Below are positions 38,927 to 50,194 of a DNA stretch of 50,194 bases, in pieces (positions within the stretch are counted from its first letter, which is position 1; every line of letters starts with the position of its first letter). The notes beneath the pieces were generated by a model that saw only the letters and a list, made by a program, of their open reading frames with translations, did no database searches and was not told the origin of the DNA. The DNA is from Eledone cirrhosa (taxonomy: Eukaryota): the NCBI GenBank assembly GCA_964016885.1, contig CAXHJY010001760.1, forward strand, positions 1-50,194, given 5' to 3'. The translations under genes and the position numbers were made by a program.

Positions 38927-39594
38927 ATCATCATCATCATCACCGTTTAACGTCCGTGTTCCACGCTTGCATGGGTTTGGACGGGGGTAGTCCCACTTGA
39001 GGCAAGAGTGATTGTCTTGCTCGCATAGGACTGTCTGGCAGGTTTTCTACAGTTGGATGCCCTTCCTAACACTAACCACATTTACAGTGTGGGTCTGGGA
39101 GGTTTTTACCGTGTTGCCTACACGGCCACATTACAGCGTGGACTGTGTGTTTTTTTGTCGTGACACCTACACGATCTCATTTGTTTCGGCCTGGATGGTG
39201 TGGCACCAACACAACTTTACATAGAACGGGGTGGCGTGGATGGGTTGGGGGGGGGGGGGGGGTTATTTTGTTAGATGCCTACTGGCTGTAGTAGGTTTTA
39301 CTATGTATTTAGGTAAGGCGGGTCTTCTCTGTTACTGAGTACCGCCAAAGGTCTCGGTCCAGTGACATTGTCTTGGAGAGGTGTAAGTGTGTGAGGTCGG
39401 AGTTTATCAGCTCGTCCCAAGTTTTTCTAGGTCTGCCTATTCCGTGGCTACCGTCTATCTTTATTGCCCTGCACTTTGTTATACAGCTATCGACTTACAT
39501 GCGCATCACGTGTCCATACCAACGTAGCCTTCTCTCGAGTAAACAACATCTGATCCCTCTTATTTCTAATTTTTTCCTTAGTTCGTTTATGCTT
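38927..39594 (-). mobile_element. 5'-truncated RTE LINE 3' end
   Basis: Encodes QSINELRKKLEIRGIRCCLLERRLRWYGHVMRM...GRPRKTW; (CAT)n tail at left. Confidence 0.9.
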
Positions 39595-39689
39595 TGATAC
39601 ATACATATATGTATATATATATACATACACACATACATACATATATGTATATATATATACATACACACACATATATATATATATACATA

Positions 39690-40036
39690 CATCATCATTC
39701 ATTTCATCATTTCATTTTACGTCCACTTTTCCCTGCTTGCAAGGGTGAGACGGGAACTGATTCTGGCTTGATTTCTACAGCTGGATGCCCTTCCTAACAC
39801 CAACCTCATTTACAGTGAGTGCTGGGTGCTTTTTTGCCGTGGTGCCTCCACGACCACTTTGCAGTGGAATGATATGGACCCCAGTCCCTATCATCTCATT
39901 TCTACAGCTGAGTAAACTGGAGCAATGTGAAATAAAGTGCCTTGCTCAAGGAAACAACACATCACCCGGTCTGAGAATTGAACTCACAACCTTTCGATTG
40001 CAAGGCCAATACTCTAACCACTAAGCCATGTGCCTC
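39690..40036 (-). mobile_element. CORE-SINE family A, full-length copy
   Basis: Near-identical to 19451-19796. Confidence 0.9.
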
Positions 40037-40495
40037 GATTATATATATATACACACACACACATATATATATACATATACATATGTATATATATACATAT
40101 ATATACATAAATATACATATATATATATATACATATATACATATATATATATACATATATACACATATATATATACATATACATATACATACATACATAC
40201 ACACATATATATATATATACATACACATACATATACATATACATACACACATATACATATATACATATATATACATATACACACACATATATATATATAC
40301 ATATACACACATATACATATATATACATACACATATATACACACATATACACATATATATACATATGTATACATACATGCGCACATATATATATGTACGT
40401 ATGGATTCACCGAACATTTATTATAATGCTCGGTGTGTTTGTAAACAAACATCCCGTATTAAGCCGTAGTGTCTAGCAACCATCGTTGCTCGTTT

Positions 40496-40582
40496 GTTCA
40501 ACACTGACAAAGGAACGCTGTACTAGTTTCAAGCTTATTAGTTATCGTCAGCAACGTATACCTTCCTGCCAGAGTGTTGAAC
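40496..40582 (-). ncRNA. Type-I hammerhead ribozyme, family 3, with extended stem I
   Basis: ACGUUG-CUGACGA-UAACUAAUAAGCUU-GAAA-CUAG-UA/CAGCGU (core 40515-40557). Stem I extends through AAGG/CCUU, CUGGCA/UGUCAG and GUUCAACA/UGUUGAAC. Stem II is imperfect in this copy. Predicted cleavage between 40521 and 40520. Confidence 0.8.
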
Positions 40583-40808
40583 GTATATACTTACCTTATG
40601 CATATTAACAGCTGAGTAGCCCAATTTGCATATCGAGTGGGTTAATCGGCCGGGTGCACCGAAAACGATAAACGGAAAAAATAAAACAAAATTTCATTTC
40701 CCACTCCTAGTACGGCTGTTACTTAAAAATAAGTATGTACACGTACATACATATATGTATACAGACGTACAATAGTATGTATATATATATACATACATGC
40801 ACACATAT

Positions 40809-41146
40809 GGAGGCACGTGGCTTAGTGGTTAGAGCATTGGCCTTGCAATCGAAAGGTTGTGAGTTCAATTCTCAGACCGGGTGATGTGTTGTTTCATTGA
40901 GCAAGACACTTTATTTCACATTGCTCCAGTTTACTCAGCTGTAGAAATGAGATGATAGGGACTGGGGTCCCTATCATTCCACTGCAAAGTGGTCGTGGAG
41001 GTGCTATGGCAAAAAAGCACCCACCACTCACTGTAAATGAGGTTGGTGTTAGGAAGGGCATTCAGCTGTAGAAATCAAGCCAGAATCAGTTCCCGTCCCA
41101 CCCTTGCAAGCAGGGAAAAAGCGGACGTAAAATGAAATGATGATGA
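40809..41146 (+). mobile_element. CORE-SINE family A, full-length copy inserted in the retrozyme-like unit
   Basis: Matches 11178-11520; the equivalent empty site is visible at 40371-40400. Confidence 0.9.
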
Positions 41147-41842
41147 TATATATATGTACGTATGGATTCACCGAACATTTATTATAATGCTCGGTGTGTT
41201 TGTAAACAGACATCCCGTATTAAGCCGTAGTGTCTAGCAACCATCGTTGCTCGTTTGTTCAACACTGACAAAGGAACGCTGCATATGTATATATATATAT
41301 ATACATATATATATATACACACATACATACATATATGTATATATATATATACATACACGCATATATATATATATATATACATACATACATGTATATATAT
41401 ATATATACACACAAATATATATATATATATACATATATATACATAAATATACATATATATATATATACATATATACACATATATACACATACATATACAT
41501 ATATATATACATATATACATACACATACATACACATATATATATATACACACATACACATACATATACATACACACATATACATATATATATATACACAT
41601 ACACACACATATACATACATACATACACATATATATATACATACATATACATATATACACACATTTCAGATGTGTTTGCCTTTCATCGTAGATCAACTTC
41701 ATCAGGGCTGACTGGTTATTATTTTAATGACTCCTAACAAATGAAATGTAAAATAAATGTGTGATTCAAACTCAAAATGTAGGGGAACAAAATTACTGTA
41801 TATACTCAAATATAAGCTGACTCCATTATTTTGTATCTGAGA

Positions 41843-42029
41843 GGACGGTGGATTGGCAGTATCGGTAGACAGTCGGACACCATGCTTTGAAGCACAGAGT
41901 TACGTCCCTTTACGGTCTGAGTTCAAATCCCGCCGAGGTTAACTTAGCCTTTCATCCTTACGAGGTCGATAAAATAAAGTACCAGTAATACACTGGGTAA
42001 TTGCTGGCCTTGTGCCAAAAGTAGAAACA
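41843..42029 (+). mobile_element. SINE family B with 18-bp TSD, nested in a Tc2-like MITE
   Basis: TSD ATTATTTTGTATCTGAGA (41825-41842) / ATTATTTTGTATCCGAGA (42030-42047). A-box-like TGGCAGTATCGG and B box GAGTTCAAATCC. Confidence 0.9.
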
Positions 42030-42309
42030 ATTATTTTGTATCCGAGAAATGAGAAAAAATGCAAACCTTATTTAGGTAGAATTTGAAGTTGGTGAAAATT
42101 GTTAAAATATTGAACCCGAATATAAGCTGACCGACCCCCTCTACCATCTATTTTTTGGTCACGGCTTATATTTGAGTATATACAGTAATTAGTACAAAGT
42201 ATTTACTTCAAGAGTGAAAACAAGTTGTCTCACGGTTATGGTGTTTGACTCATGATCATGAGGTGATAAGTTCAATTCTTGGACCAGGCAACGTGTTGTC
42301 TTCTTGATT

Positions 42310-42468
42310 GAACACCCAACAAACCTTCTATAAAAGCCAGCTTTATCATAAGAACACCCAACAAACCTTCTATAAAAGCCAGCTTTATCATAAGAACACC
42401 CAACAAACCTTCTATAAAAGCCAGCTTTATCATAAGAACGCCCAACAAACCTTCTATAAAAGCTAGCT
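42310..42468. repeat. 42-bp tandem repeat, about 3.8 units
   Basis: GAACACCCAACAAACCTTCTATAAAAGCCAGCTTTATCATAA at 42310, 42352, 42394 and 42436. Confidence 0.95.
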
Positions 42469-42819
42469 TCTACGCAACAACAAATGTCTACAAAATTTCA
42501 TAAATAACTGACTGTAACAAATTTAAATTAAACAACAATGATATATATATTTTTAATTCAAAACAGATTAAAATTAGTGTTATTTTATTTATTGTTTCTC
42601 TCTCTCTCTGTTGTCAACAAATGCTGTTTTTTTTAAACATGACTCAGAAGTGTTCCATTAACCCAAAACATATGAGAATGTCTGAAATGTTTAATATGTA
42701 AACAAACTGGCTTAATGATTTTGTCCTTATGTGACTTTCTCATCTATGAAATTTTCATACTAATTCTTTAGAAATTTTCTTCAATTTCTCTCCTGATGTG
42801 AAATTAAATCTATGTTGCT

Positions 42820-42859
<40 letters not shown>

Positions 42860-45800
42860 CATTCGCTTCCTCTACTAGTAAGTGTTGGACAGGTCTACAT
42901 AGTCCAAGTCAGTACTGAAGTAGGGCTACTGACCTTCCAGACATGTATGGTTTCATGTTCTACTAAGAACACAGGAGAAGTTGCCATGTCTTTGACACAA
43001 CTGAAGGGTCCTCCCAGCCTTTTGTATGGCAAGCTTTCTATAACTGGTTACCCTTCCTATTACCAACCACTTTCCAGCCTGTAGTGCATGCATTTATTGT
43101 GTAGATCACCAACACTAGGGAAGCTATCACGTCCTCAATTCAACTGAAAGGTCCTCCCAACCTTTTGTTTGGCAAACTTTCTACGGCTACCAGCAAGTTT
43201 TTATTCTTCTATTCTTTTACTAGTTTCAGTTATTAGACTGCTCTCATACTGGAGCACAACCTCAAAGGGATTTAGTTGATTGGTATTTAATCAATCATAC
43301 TGACCTTTTTTCAATTATCTCTAACTGCTGAGGTGTGGAATATAAACATAGACATTCATATATACATATATATAGGACTCTTCAGTTGTGTCAAAGGAAT
43401 GACAACCTCCCTAGTGTTGATACCATAATAAAATATACTTGCCCTTCCCTTACTAGCTGGGGAAAAGGATAATGATAATGATATATACATGTATGTCGGG
43501 CCTCTACAGTTTCCACTTACTAAATTTCACTCACAAGCCATTGGTCAACTTGAGGCTATAATAAAAGGCACTTGCCCAAGTTGCCACACAGTAGGGTTGA
43601 ACTCAAAACCATGTTGTTTTGAAGCAAATTCCTCAATCATGCAGCCAAGTCAGTACCTATATATTGATATGTTTTTATTATTCAATGTTCATTTGGGAAT
43701 ATGTTTTCAACATTTGTTTTAAAATCTTCATGAGATATTTGGTGGGGTGGGCAGTGAGAGCATGGGTTCATTCGTAGACATTTAAAATCTTTGAGAAGAA
43801 ATAGGGAGAAAGAAAGAAAGGATTCTTAAATCTTGATGAAGCGAATACTGTTCTGACACAGTGTGTATCAGGCATTTTAAACCTGGTGGAGTCCATCTAT
43901 CTCCATTTCTGAACATAGCTGATTTCTTCCAAAGAAATAAAAAGAGAAGTGAGAGATAGTGAGAAAGAAATCTAGAGGAAAAATTGACCCCAGTACAAGA
44001 CTGGTACTTTATTTATTGACCCCAAAAGGATGAACGACAAAATTGATGTCGGTAGGATTTAAATTTAGAGCACAAAGAGCTAGAAAAATAACTGAGGCAT
44101 TCAATCTGACGCCCTAATGACTCTGCCAATTCGCAGTCTTTAGAATAGATATTGTATATACTTGAATATAAGGCAACCTCTACTATTTTATATCAGAGAA
44201 TTGGGCGATATGAAATCTTTGTGCATCCATCTACACCTCCCAGGACAGGTCGCAGGCCCATTGCCAGTTTTTACAGCCTGAAATCGAGACCCTCTCAGGG
44301 ATAAGTGCGCGAAGAAGAAGAGAAGAGAAATAGGCAAAAATCCAAACCCCATTTATAAACTGAGGCAGGTAATTGTTTAGATGGTGTATGTAAGCCAACC
44401 TCCCATTTTACCATAGATTTTTTGGTCATATATTCCTTGGTTTATATTAGAGTTTATACAGTAACTTCTGATAAAATATAATGGTTAGATCTATTGAAGA
44501 ATGATTGTATAAGAACAGCTTCATATTTCCTTCTCTATATATAACTGAAGCTTTATGTCTATGTAAGCAAGATGGACAATAGTTACTATGTGAACAGAAC
44601 TAAACCACTGGTTTCTTTTACAATTATATATGTGTATATATATATATATAATTTCTGTGAAAATTGTGACCTTTATTTTCCAATTGCTATTTTAAAACTA
44701 TGTTTCTGGAAAATCTACACATAGATTTTGAAAAAGCTTCAAGTTTTTATTTTATTTAACTATTTATTTATTTTATTTATTTTACTTTCTGTTCAAGGAG
44801 GGAAGGGCAGTGTCATTGATTCTTTTCAAGGCCTCAAAAAGAGAGTAAAGTATCTTCAACACTTAGATATGACCCGAGTGTTTGGAATAAAGTGGACCCA
44901 ACTAAAGATACCCAAGGATGAGATGGTTGTATTAAGCTGAGCATTGCATCTCTTATCTATATATAGGCCACAGCAAGATTTAAATGAGGCATGGACAACC
45001 TTTATAAAGCCATAGGACACATAGGATGTGGCTCATAATAAAGTGGGCCACACTACCAAAATATTCAAGACAATTTTAAAATTAGGTATGCCAGAAAGCG
45101 AAACGAGCTGCAGTTTGCTCATGATTGATTTAAACTATAAAACCAAAGAACTGAAACATACCATGAGGTTCTTCTCTAACAATTGTACCAATCCACTGCT
45201 TTGGATTGGTAGTCCAGTGCCATGGTCTTTGACCCACATACAATATGTAATTTTTCAAATGCAGATTAGCTGTCTAAGAAGTCTACCTATGTATGAGACA
45301 TTTAGACCCTTTCGGGGCCATATTCCTAATGAAATACACTCTATTGAAGAGAAGTTTAGAGAGATTTACTAAAATTATTAATTACTTCATTACTAAAATA
45401 ATGGTTCTTATTATAAAATTATTTGAATTTAAATGGGAACCTTTTAAAATGGCTGGTTTTGTTTCCTAGAACCAAAGTCAGTTTGGGAGTGGTTTGGTAC
45501 TGAAACGGTTAACGTTAGGTGACTTACTACATCAATAAAAATTCAATCACATAAATAATTCAGCCAAATCTTTTCCTCTAAGCTACCAAAGTCTTCTGTT
45601 TTTACTCTGTTATTATATTAGCTAAAGAATTATTTAGTAAGGAATGTAATTATATTGCCATATTGGCACTGTTACAGAAAACAGATTAGATATTGTTTCT
45701 TATTATTGTAAATATTCCTTTCATAACTTTAGGACAAAATCTAAAAGGAATTTCTAGGATTAGAAAAAGATGATTATTCCTTTAATGTCTATGATTAAAG

Positions 45801-46596
45801 AAATGAAAATCACTAAGTAAGCTGTAGAATTAATATTATCATTGCTTCAGAAAATCAATGAAAATGTAGATTAGGAAAGTTCTTTCATAAATCATTTCTT
45901 TTTCTGCCGTCATTTGTTAGATATGGACAAGAAAAGCATTTTGAATCTTGCTTAACCCTTTAGCATTCACATTATTCTATATATACTATTATATTTTCAT
46001 GGTAAAGGCTTTATCTCACATAATATCGAATCTATGAGATTTTGAAAATATTTATTTTGAGAACAATACCTTAACATCAGTTTGAGCGACCAGTTACAGC
46101 CAGTTTCAACAGAAAGAGGTAGAGAATTCTGGCCGGTTTGGGCCGGTTTGAACATTAAAGGGTTAAGGTATCAAGCAAGATATCAGAAAATAAATAGATG
46201 AGATATTTGAATCCAAACTTTATTTTAGATTTTTAAGGGAACATTTGGAATATTTACAAGGGTTATTTGAAAAGTTCATAGGCTGACCAAGATACTCTCA
46301 TAGAATGACCAAATGAGGTTTATTTTCTAACATAGTCTTTGGAATGAAACAATGCAGTTATTAATAAGAGCTGAAATTAATGCATGCAAGATCTCACAGC
46401 ATTAGCATCCTTCATTGTCAGCCTATGAACTTTTCAGCCGACCTTCCTAACTCACCCCAAAATGCCTGATACATTTTTGTTTTTTATTTTGTTTTGTTTT
46501 TCTTGGGGAGGGGAGGTGTATTGTTATTCGAGTTAGAAATCTATTGTTAGATAATAGTACCAAGTTCGAGTCCTGTAGAAGCTATTTCTATATTAT

Positions 46597-46793
46597 GAGC
46601 GGTGGATTGGCAGTATCGGTAGAGGGTCAGACGCCATGCTTTGCAAGCAAAGAGTTACGGCCCTTTATTGTCTGAGTTCAAATCCCGCCGAGGTTAACTT
46701 TGCCTTTCATCCTTATGGGGTCGATAAAATAAAGTACCAGTAATGCACTGGGATAATTGCTGGCCTTGTGCCAAAAGTAGAAACAATTATAAT
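46597..46793 (+). mobile_element. SINE family B copy
   Basis: Full-length match to the family. Confidence 0.88.
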
Positions 46794-47119
46794 AAATGTT
46801 TGTTTGTCAAATGCTACGTTCCATCAAAAGCATTCTGAAAATTTCATGGAATACACACACACACATATGTGTATCCCGGGTTCCTAATGATTTCCTTTGC
46901 ATGAAACAGTTATAGTCCTGTAGAAGCTATTTCTATATTATATACACACACACACAGATTTAAAAGAGTCAAAGTCAGTGTTGCAGCATATGTATAAACT
47001 TTATTTGCATATTACAATTGTTTTCATATCGATCAGCTCAGGGTACAACCCAAATGAAATGGACCTCATAACAGCATTGAGTGCTTCAAACAGCTGTAAC
47101 TGCTGTTACAGGCCTAACT

Positions 47120-47157
<38 letters not shown>

Positions 47158-48375
47158 TAATTCCACGGAACACACAAACAGCTTTTTTAACCCTTTTGAT
47201 AACCAAGATGCCTGAAACCAGCCCTAGTTTTTTTACATAAAGTTATTTATATTAAAGTGTTTATATTTATTTAGTTTTTATATAAGAACCTTTGTTAAGT
47301 TATATTCCAAACACCAGCTTAATAATGAGAAAGTTAATTTTATTACTAAATCTCTCATAAATCTTGATTATTTTCAGAATTTATTGAAACACATAAGCCG
47401 CGTCTTTTGTTAAATATATCCATAATTTGCCTCCCATTGGCCTTCAATATTTGAAATCTTATTTTTATTTTTTTTTTAACCCTTTGTAAACAAATTTGTA
47501 TTACTTGTCTCACTAGCTCTTTTTGATTACCAACTGTAAGGAGTACTAGATACGTCCCCTAGTCTGTCATGGCTTATTAGCTCTATAATAAATATTACTT
47601 ATTTTGTCCATAAAACAACAGTTTTATGTATTAGTAATTATAAATAATATTAAAGTCTTTTATTTAGGTTTCTTGTTTCTTTTAGCTACTTTTTATGTAC
47701 ATAGTGAAGACGTGTGGCTGAGTGGTTAGAGAATTGGATTCGCAATCGTAAGGTTGTGAGTTCGATTCCTGGACCAGGTGATGCGTTATGTCCTTGAGCA
47801 AGACACTTTATTCCACGTTGCTCTTTCTACCTGGAGTTGCGACCGATAGATAGTATTAGCAATTGGAAAAACCAACGGAAACATTGTTCCCTCGGTCCGA
47901 TTTGACGAACGTCAATCGTTCTTTTTTTTATGTACATAAATTTTCTTAAGAAAATACAGTCTCTTCATGATTATAATTCTTTGTCTTTATTCTCTTCTCT
48001 ATCTTGAAAGTACTGAGTTATTTAGTTATAAGTTTCTTGTGGGCAGTTCTAGGTTTATTATGAAAATCATTTTCATTGCTGATGTATTCCACTTGTTTAA
48101 CCCTTTAGCATTTAAACTGGCCATATGTCTGGCCAGAATTCACTCACCTCTTTCTGTTCTAACTGGTCATAACTGGCCACTCATATACTTATATTAAGAT
48201 ATTTTTCCTAAAATAAATAATATCAAAATCTCATAGATTTGATATTATGTGAGATATTTGTATGAGGTAAAGTCTTTACCGTGAAAATATAATAGTAAAT
48301 ATAGAGTAATGTAAATGCTTATGGGTTAAACTATGGTGAAACTTTGAAACTACATCATGTTTTACACATTCACTT

Positions 48376-48746
48376 TGGATTGGCAGTATCGGTAGAGGGT
48401 CGGACACCATGCTTTGAAGCATAGAGTTACCTCCATCTATGATCTGAGTTCAAATCCTGCCGAGGTTAACTTTGCCTTTCATCCTTACGGGGTCGATAAA
48501 ATAAAGTACTAGTAATACACTGGGGTAATTGCTGGCCTTGTGCCAAAAGTAGAAACAGTTATTACAATTAAGGCAAAGCTAACCTCGGCGGGGTTTTTCT
48601 GGTTTCAGTTCAAATCCCACTGAGGTTAGCTTTGCCTTTCATCCTTACAGGGTCGATAAAATAAACTACCAGTAATGCACTGGGTTGATTTAATCAACTT
48701 CCCTCTCCCCAAATTGCTGGCCTTGTGTCTAATGTAGAAATGATTA
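48376..48746 (+). mobile_element. Two adjacent SINE B copies; the second is 5'-truncated with an inverted 23-nt leader
   Basis: Copies at 48376-48563 and ~48605-48746; 48570-48592 is the reverse complement (21/23) of 48616-48638. Confidence 0.8.
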
Positions 48747-49538
48747 TGGCAATTATCTTAAAGAACATGGCCAACATATCATTTTCATTGCCTCTATAAA
48801 TGTGTGAAATGAAATTCATAATTTTCAGTTGCTCACCCATTATAATGACAAGGAGAAACCGTTCAAATACTGCTCCCACTTTAAAAAGGATGGTTTCTAT
48901 TACTGCTCAACACTAAACTGAATATTCACAGGTTTTTTTTTTATTAAGCTATTGTTGACTCATTGCCATCTGATTCCTTTTAATCTTCAGCCAACTGCTA
49001 ACATGGCTTCCTTCCTATTACCATCACAAGTGTCCTTTCCTTCCACACACCATACACCACACCACACCACACAGTTTATATCATCTTTACAATTGTCACT
49101 CCCTATAACACTCCTCTCAATGTTCCTCTGCTGAATTTACACTTTTACTTTGTCACACTTCTCTGTCCTCTTTGCCTCCAAAGAAAACTTTTAAAGAGAT
49201 ACTTCCCTTAAATCATCAACCTCGCTCTGCTCTCTGGCACCTATCCAGCTAAGACACCTCCCACTTGGTGCCATTTTGTTATTTGGTTCCTTACATTAGG
49301 GGATAATTTAGTTAGTCCCTCCCATTATTTCTGATCTCTGACTTCAATGTTTATCAACTACAGTGATAATTAGATAACATTGGTAAGTCCAGTTTTAATG
49401 TCTTCTATTTACTATTGTTAGAAGACACAGGGCAGACTGTTATAATCACAATTTAGTTTATATTGAAATATTGTATATCTCTATATATACACACATATAT
49501 TTATTCAATTGAAGTAAGTTGGTTGATAGAAAATGGAT

Positions 49539-49610
49539 TTTTTTCTGAAGATAACATGTAGGGCAGCTGTTATAAAACTGCCTTATGTCTTTGAAATACG
49601 TATAACAAAA
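49539..49610 (+). ncRNA. Type-I hammerhead ribozyme, family 1-related, partly decayed
   Basis: UUUUUU-CUGAAGA-..ACAU.AGGGCAG...CUGCCUU-AUGU..-GAAA-UACGUA-UA/ACAAAA. Shares AAAACTGCCTTA...TTGAAATA..TATAA.AAAATAA with 7081-7122. Confidence 0.65.
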
Positions 49611-49837
49611 TAAATAGTGATGTACAAATGAAACCGTCTTTCTTGTTTATTATTATATACAATTATAAAAAGTTATAGTAGAAAATTTAGTTTTAGGAAA
49701 AAGAAAATTTAATTCTATTAGGTATTATTTTGAATTTTATAAGGATAGTTTTAATTACCATCATTATTATTTTATTGTCATCACCACCACCATCATTGTC
49801 ACCACCATCACCATTGTCATTATCACTGTCATTGTCA

Positions 49838-50058
49838 GGGCGGTGGATTGGCAGTATCAGTAGAGGGTCGGACGCCTTGCTTTGCAGCATAGAGTTACGA
49901 CCCTTTATGATCTAAGTTCAAATCCAGCCGAGGTTTACTTTGCCTTTCATCCTTACGGGGTCGATAAAATAAAGTACCAGTTACGCACTGGGGTCGATTT
50001 AATCGACTTTCCCCTCCCCCAAAATTGCTGGCCTTGTGCCTATATAAGAAACCATTAT
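49838..50058 (+). mobile_element. SINE family B (long-tail subfamily) copy
   Basis: Full-length match to the family, flanked by (CAT/CAC/TAT)n tracts. Confidence 0.88.
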
Positions 50059-50194
50059 CACTGCCGTTGTCATCAGCACTATCATTATTATTATCACCAT
50101 CATTATCATCACCACCACTATTATTATTATCACCATTATCATCATTATCATCCCCACCACCATCATCATCAATGTTATTTTACTGGTTCCAGTC

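Larger units (their letters stand above)
40371..41281 (-). mobile_element. Retrozyme-like tandem element: 420-nt unit, about 1.35 copies, with a SINE inserted in one copy
   Basis: 40391-40520 recurs at 41152-41281 with one substitution, and ACATACATGC.CACATAT recurs at 40371 and 40791. The hammerhead spans the unit junction. Confidence 0.72.

Noticed and set aside
42310-42468. Repeated TATAAAAG as a multi-TATA promoter
   Set aside because: Simple tandem duplication in AT-rich DNA with no other promoter evidence.
45086-45168. AG|GT ATG CCA as PHAF1 exon 2 (would give G-M-P)
   Set aside because: The following residues (ESETSCSLLMIDL...) do not resemble conserved exon 2, and the polypyrimidine tract is poor.

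Overview
AT-rich eukaryotic genomic DNA dense in microsatellites and transposon relics; the repeat families suggest a coleoid cephalopod, probably Octopus (inference, no search run). Two genes start head-to-head about 1.07 kb apart. On the minus strand are coding exons 1-3 of core-binding factor beta (CBFB; 2775-2698, 2561-2475, 2086-1967; the rest lies left of the window). On the plus strand is coding exon 1 of PHAF1/C16orf70 (3845-3908). No PHAF1 exon 2 was found, so 3909-50194 is probably its first intron. That stretch holds 5'-truncated RTE and R4/Dong LINE fragments, two tRNA-derived SINE families, piggyBac-, hAT- and Tc1/pogo-type MITEs, and minisatellites. Nearly all ORFs in the supplied track are artefacts of these repeats. 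The most notable signal is RNA structure: five type-I hammerhead ribozyme folds, one decayed relic and one degenerate HDV-like candidate. One hammerhead lies in a 420-nt structured tandem unit (40371-41281, minus strand) whose copy boundary falls exactly on the predicted self-cleavage site, which is the layout expected of a retrozyme (small ribozyme-bearing retroelement or circular RNA). All folds and alignments were done by eye.
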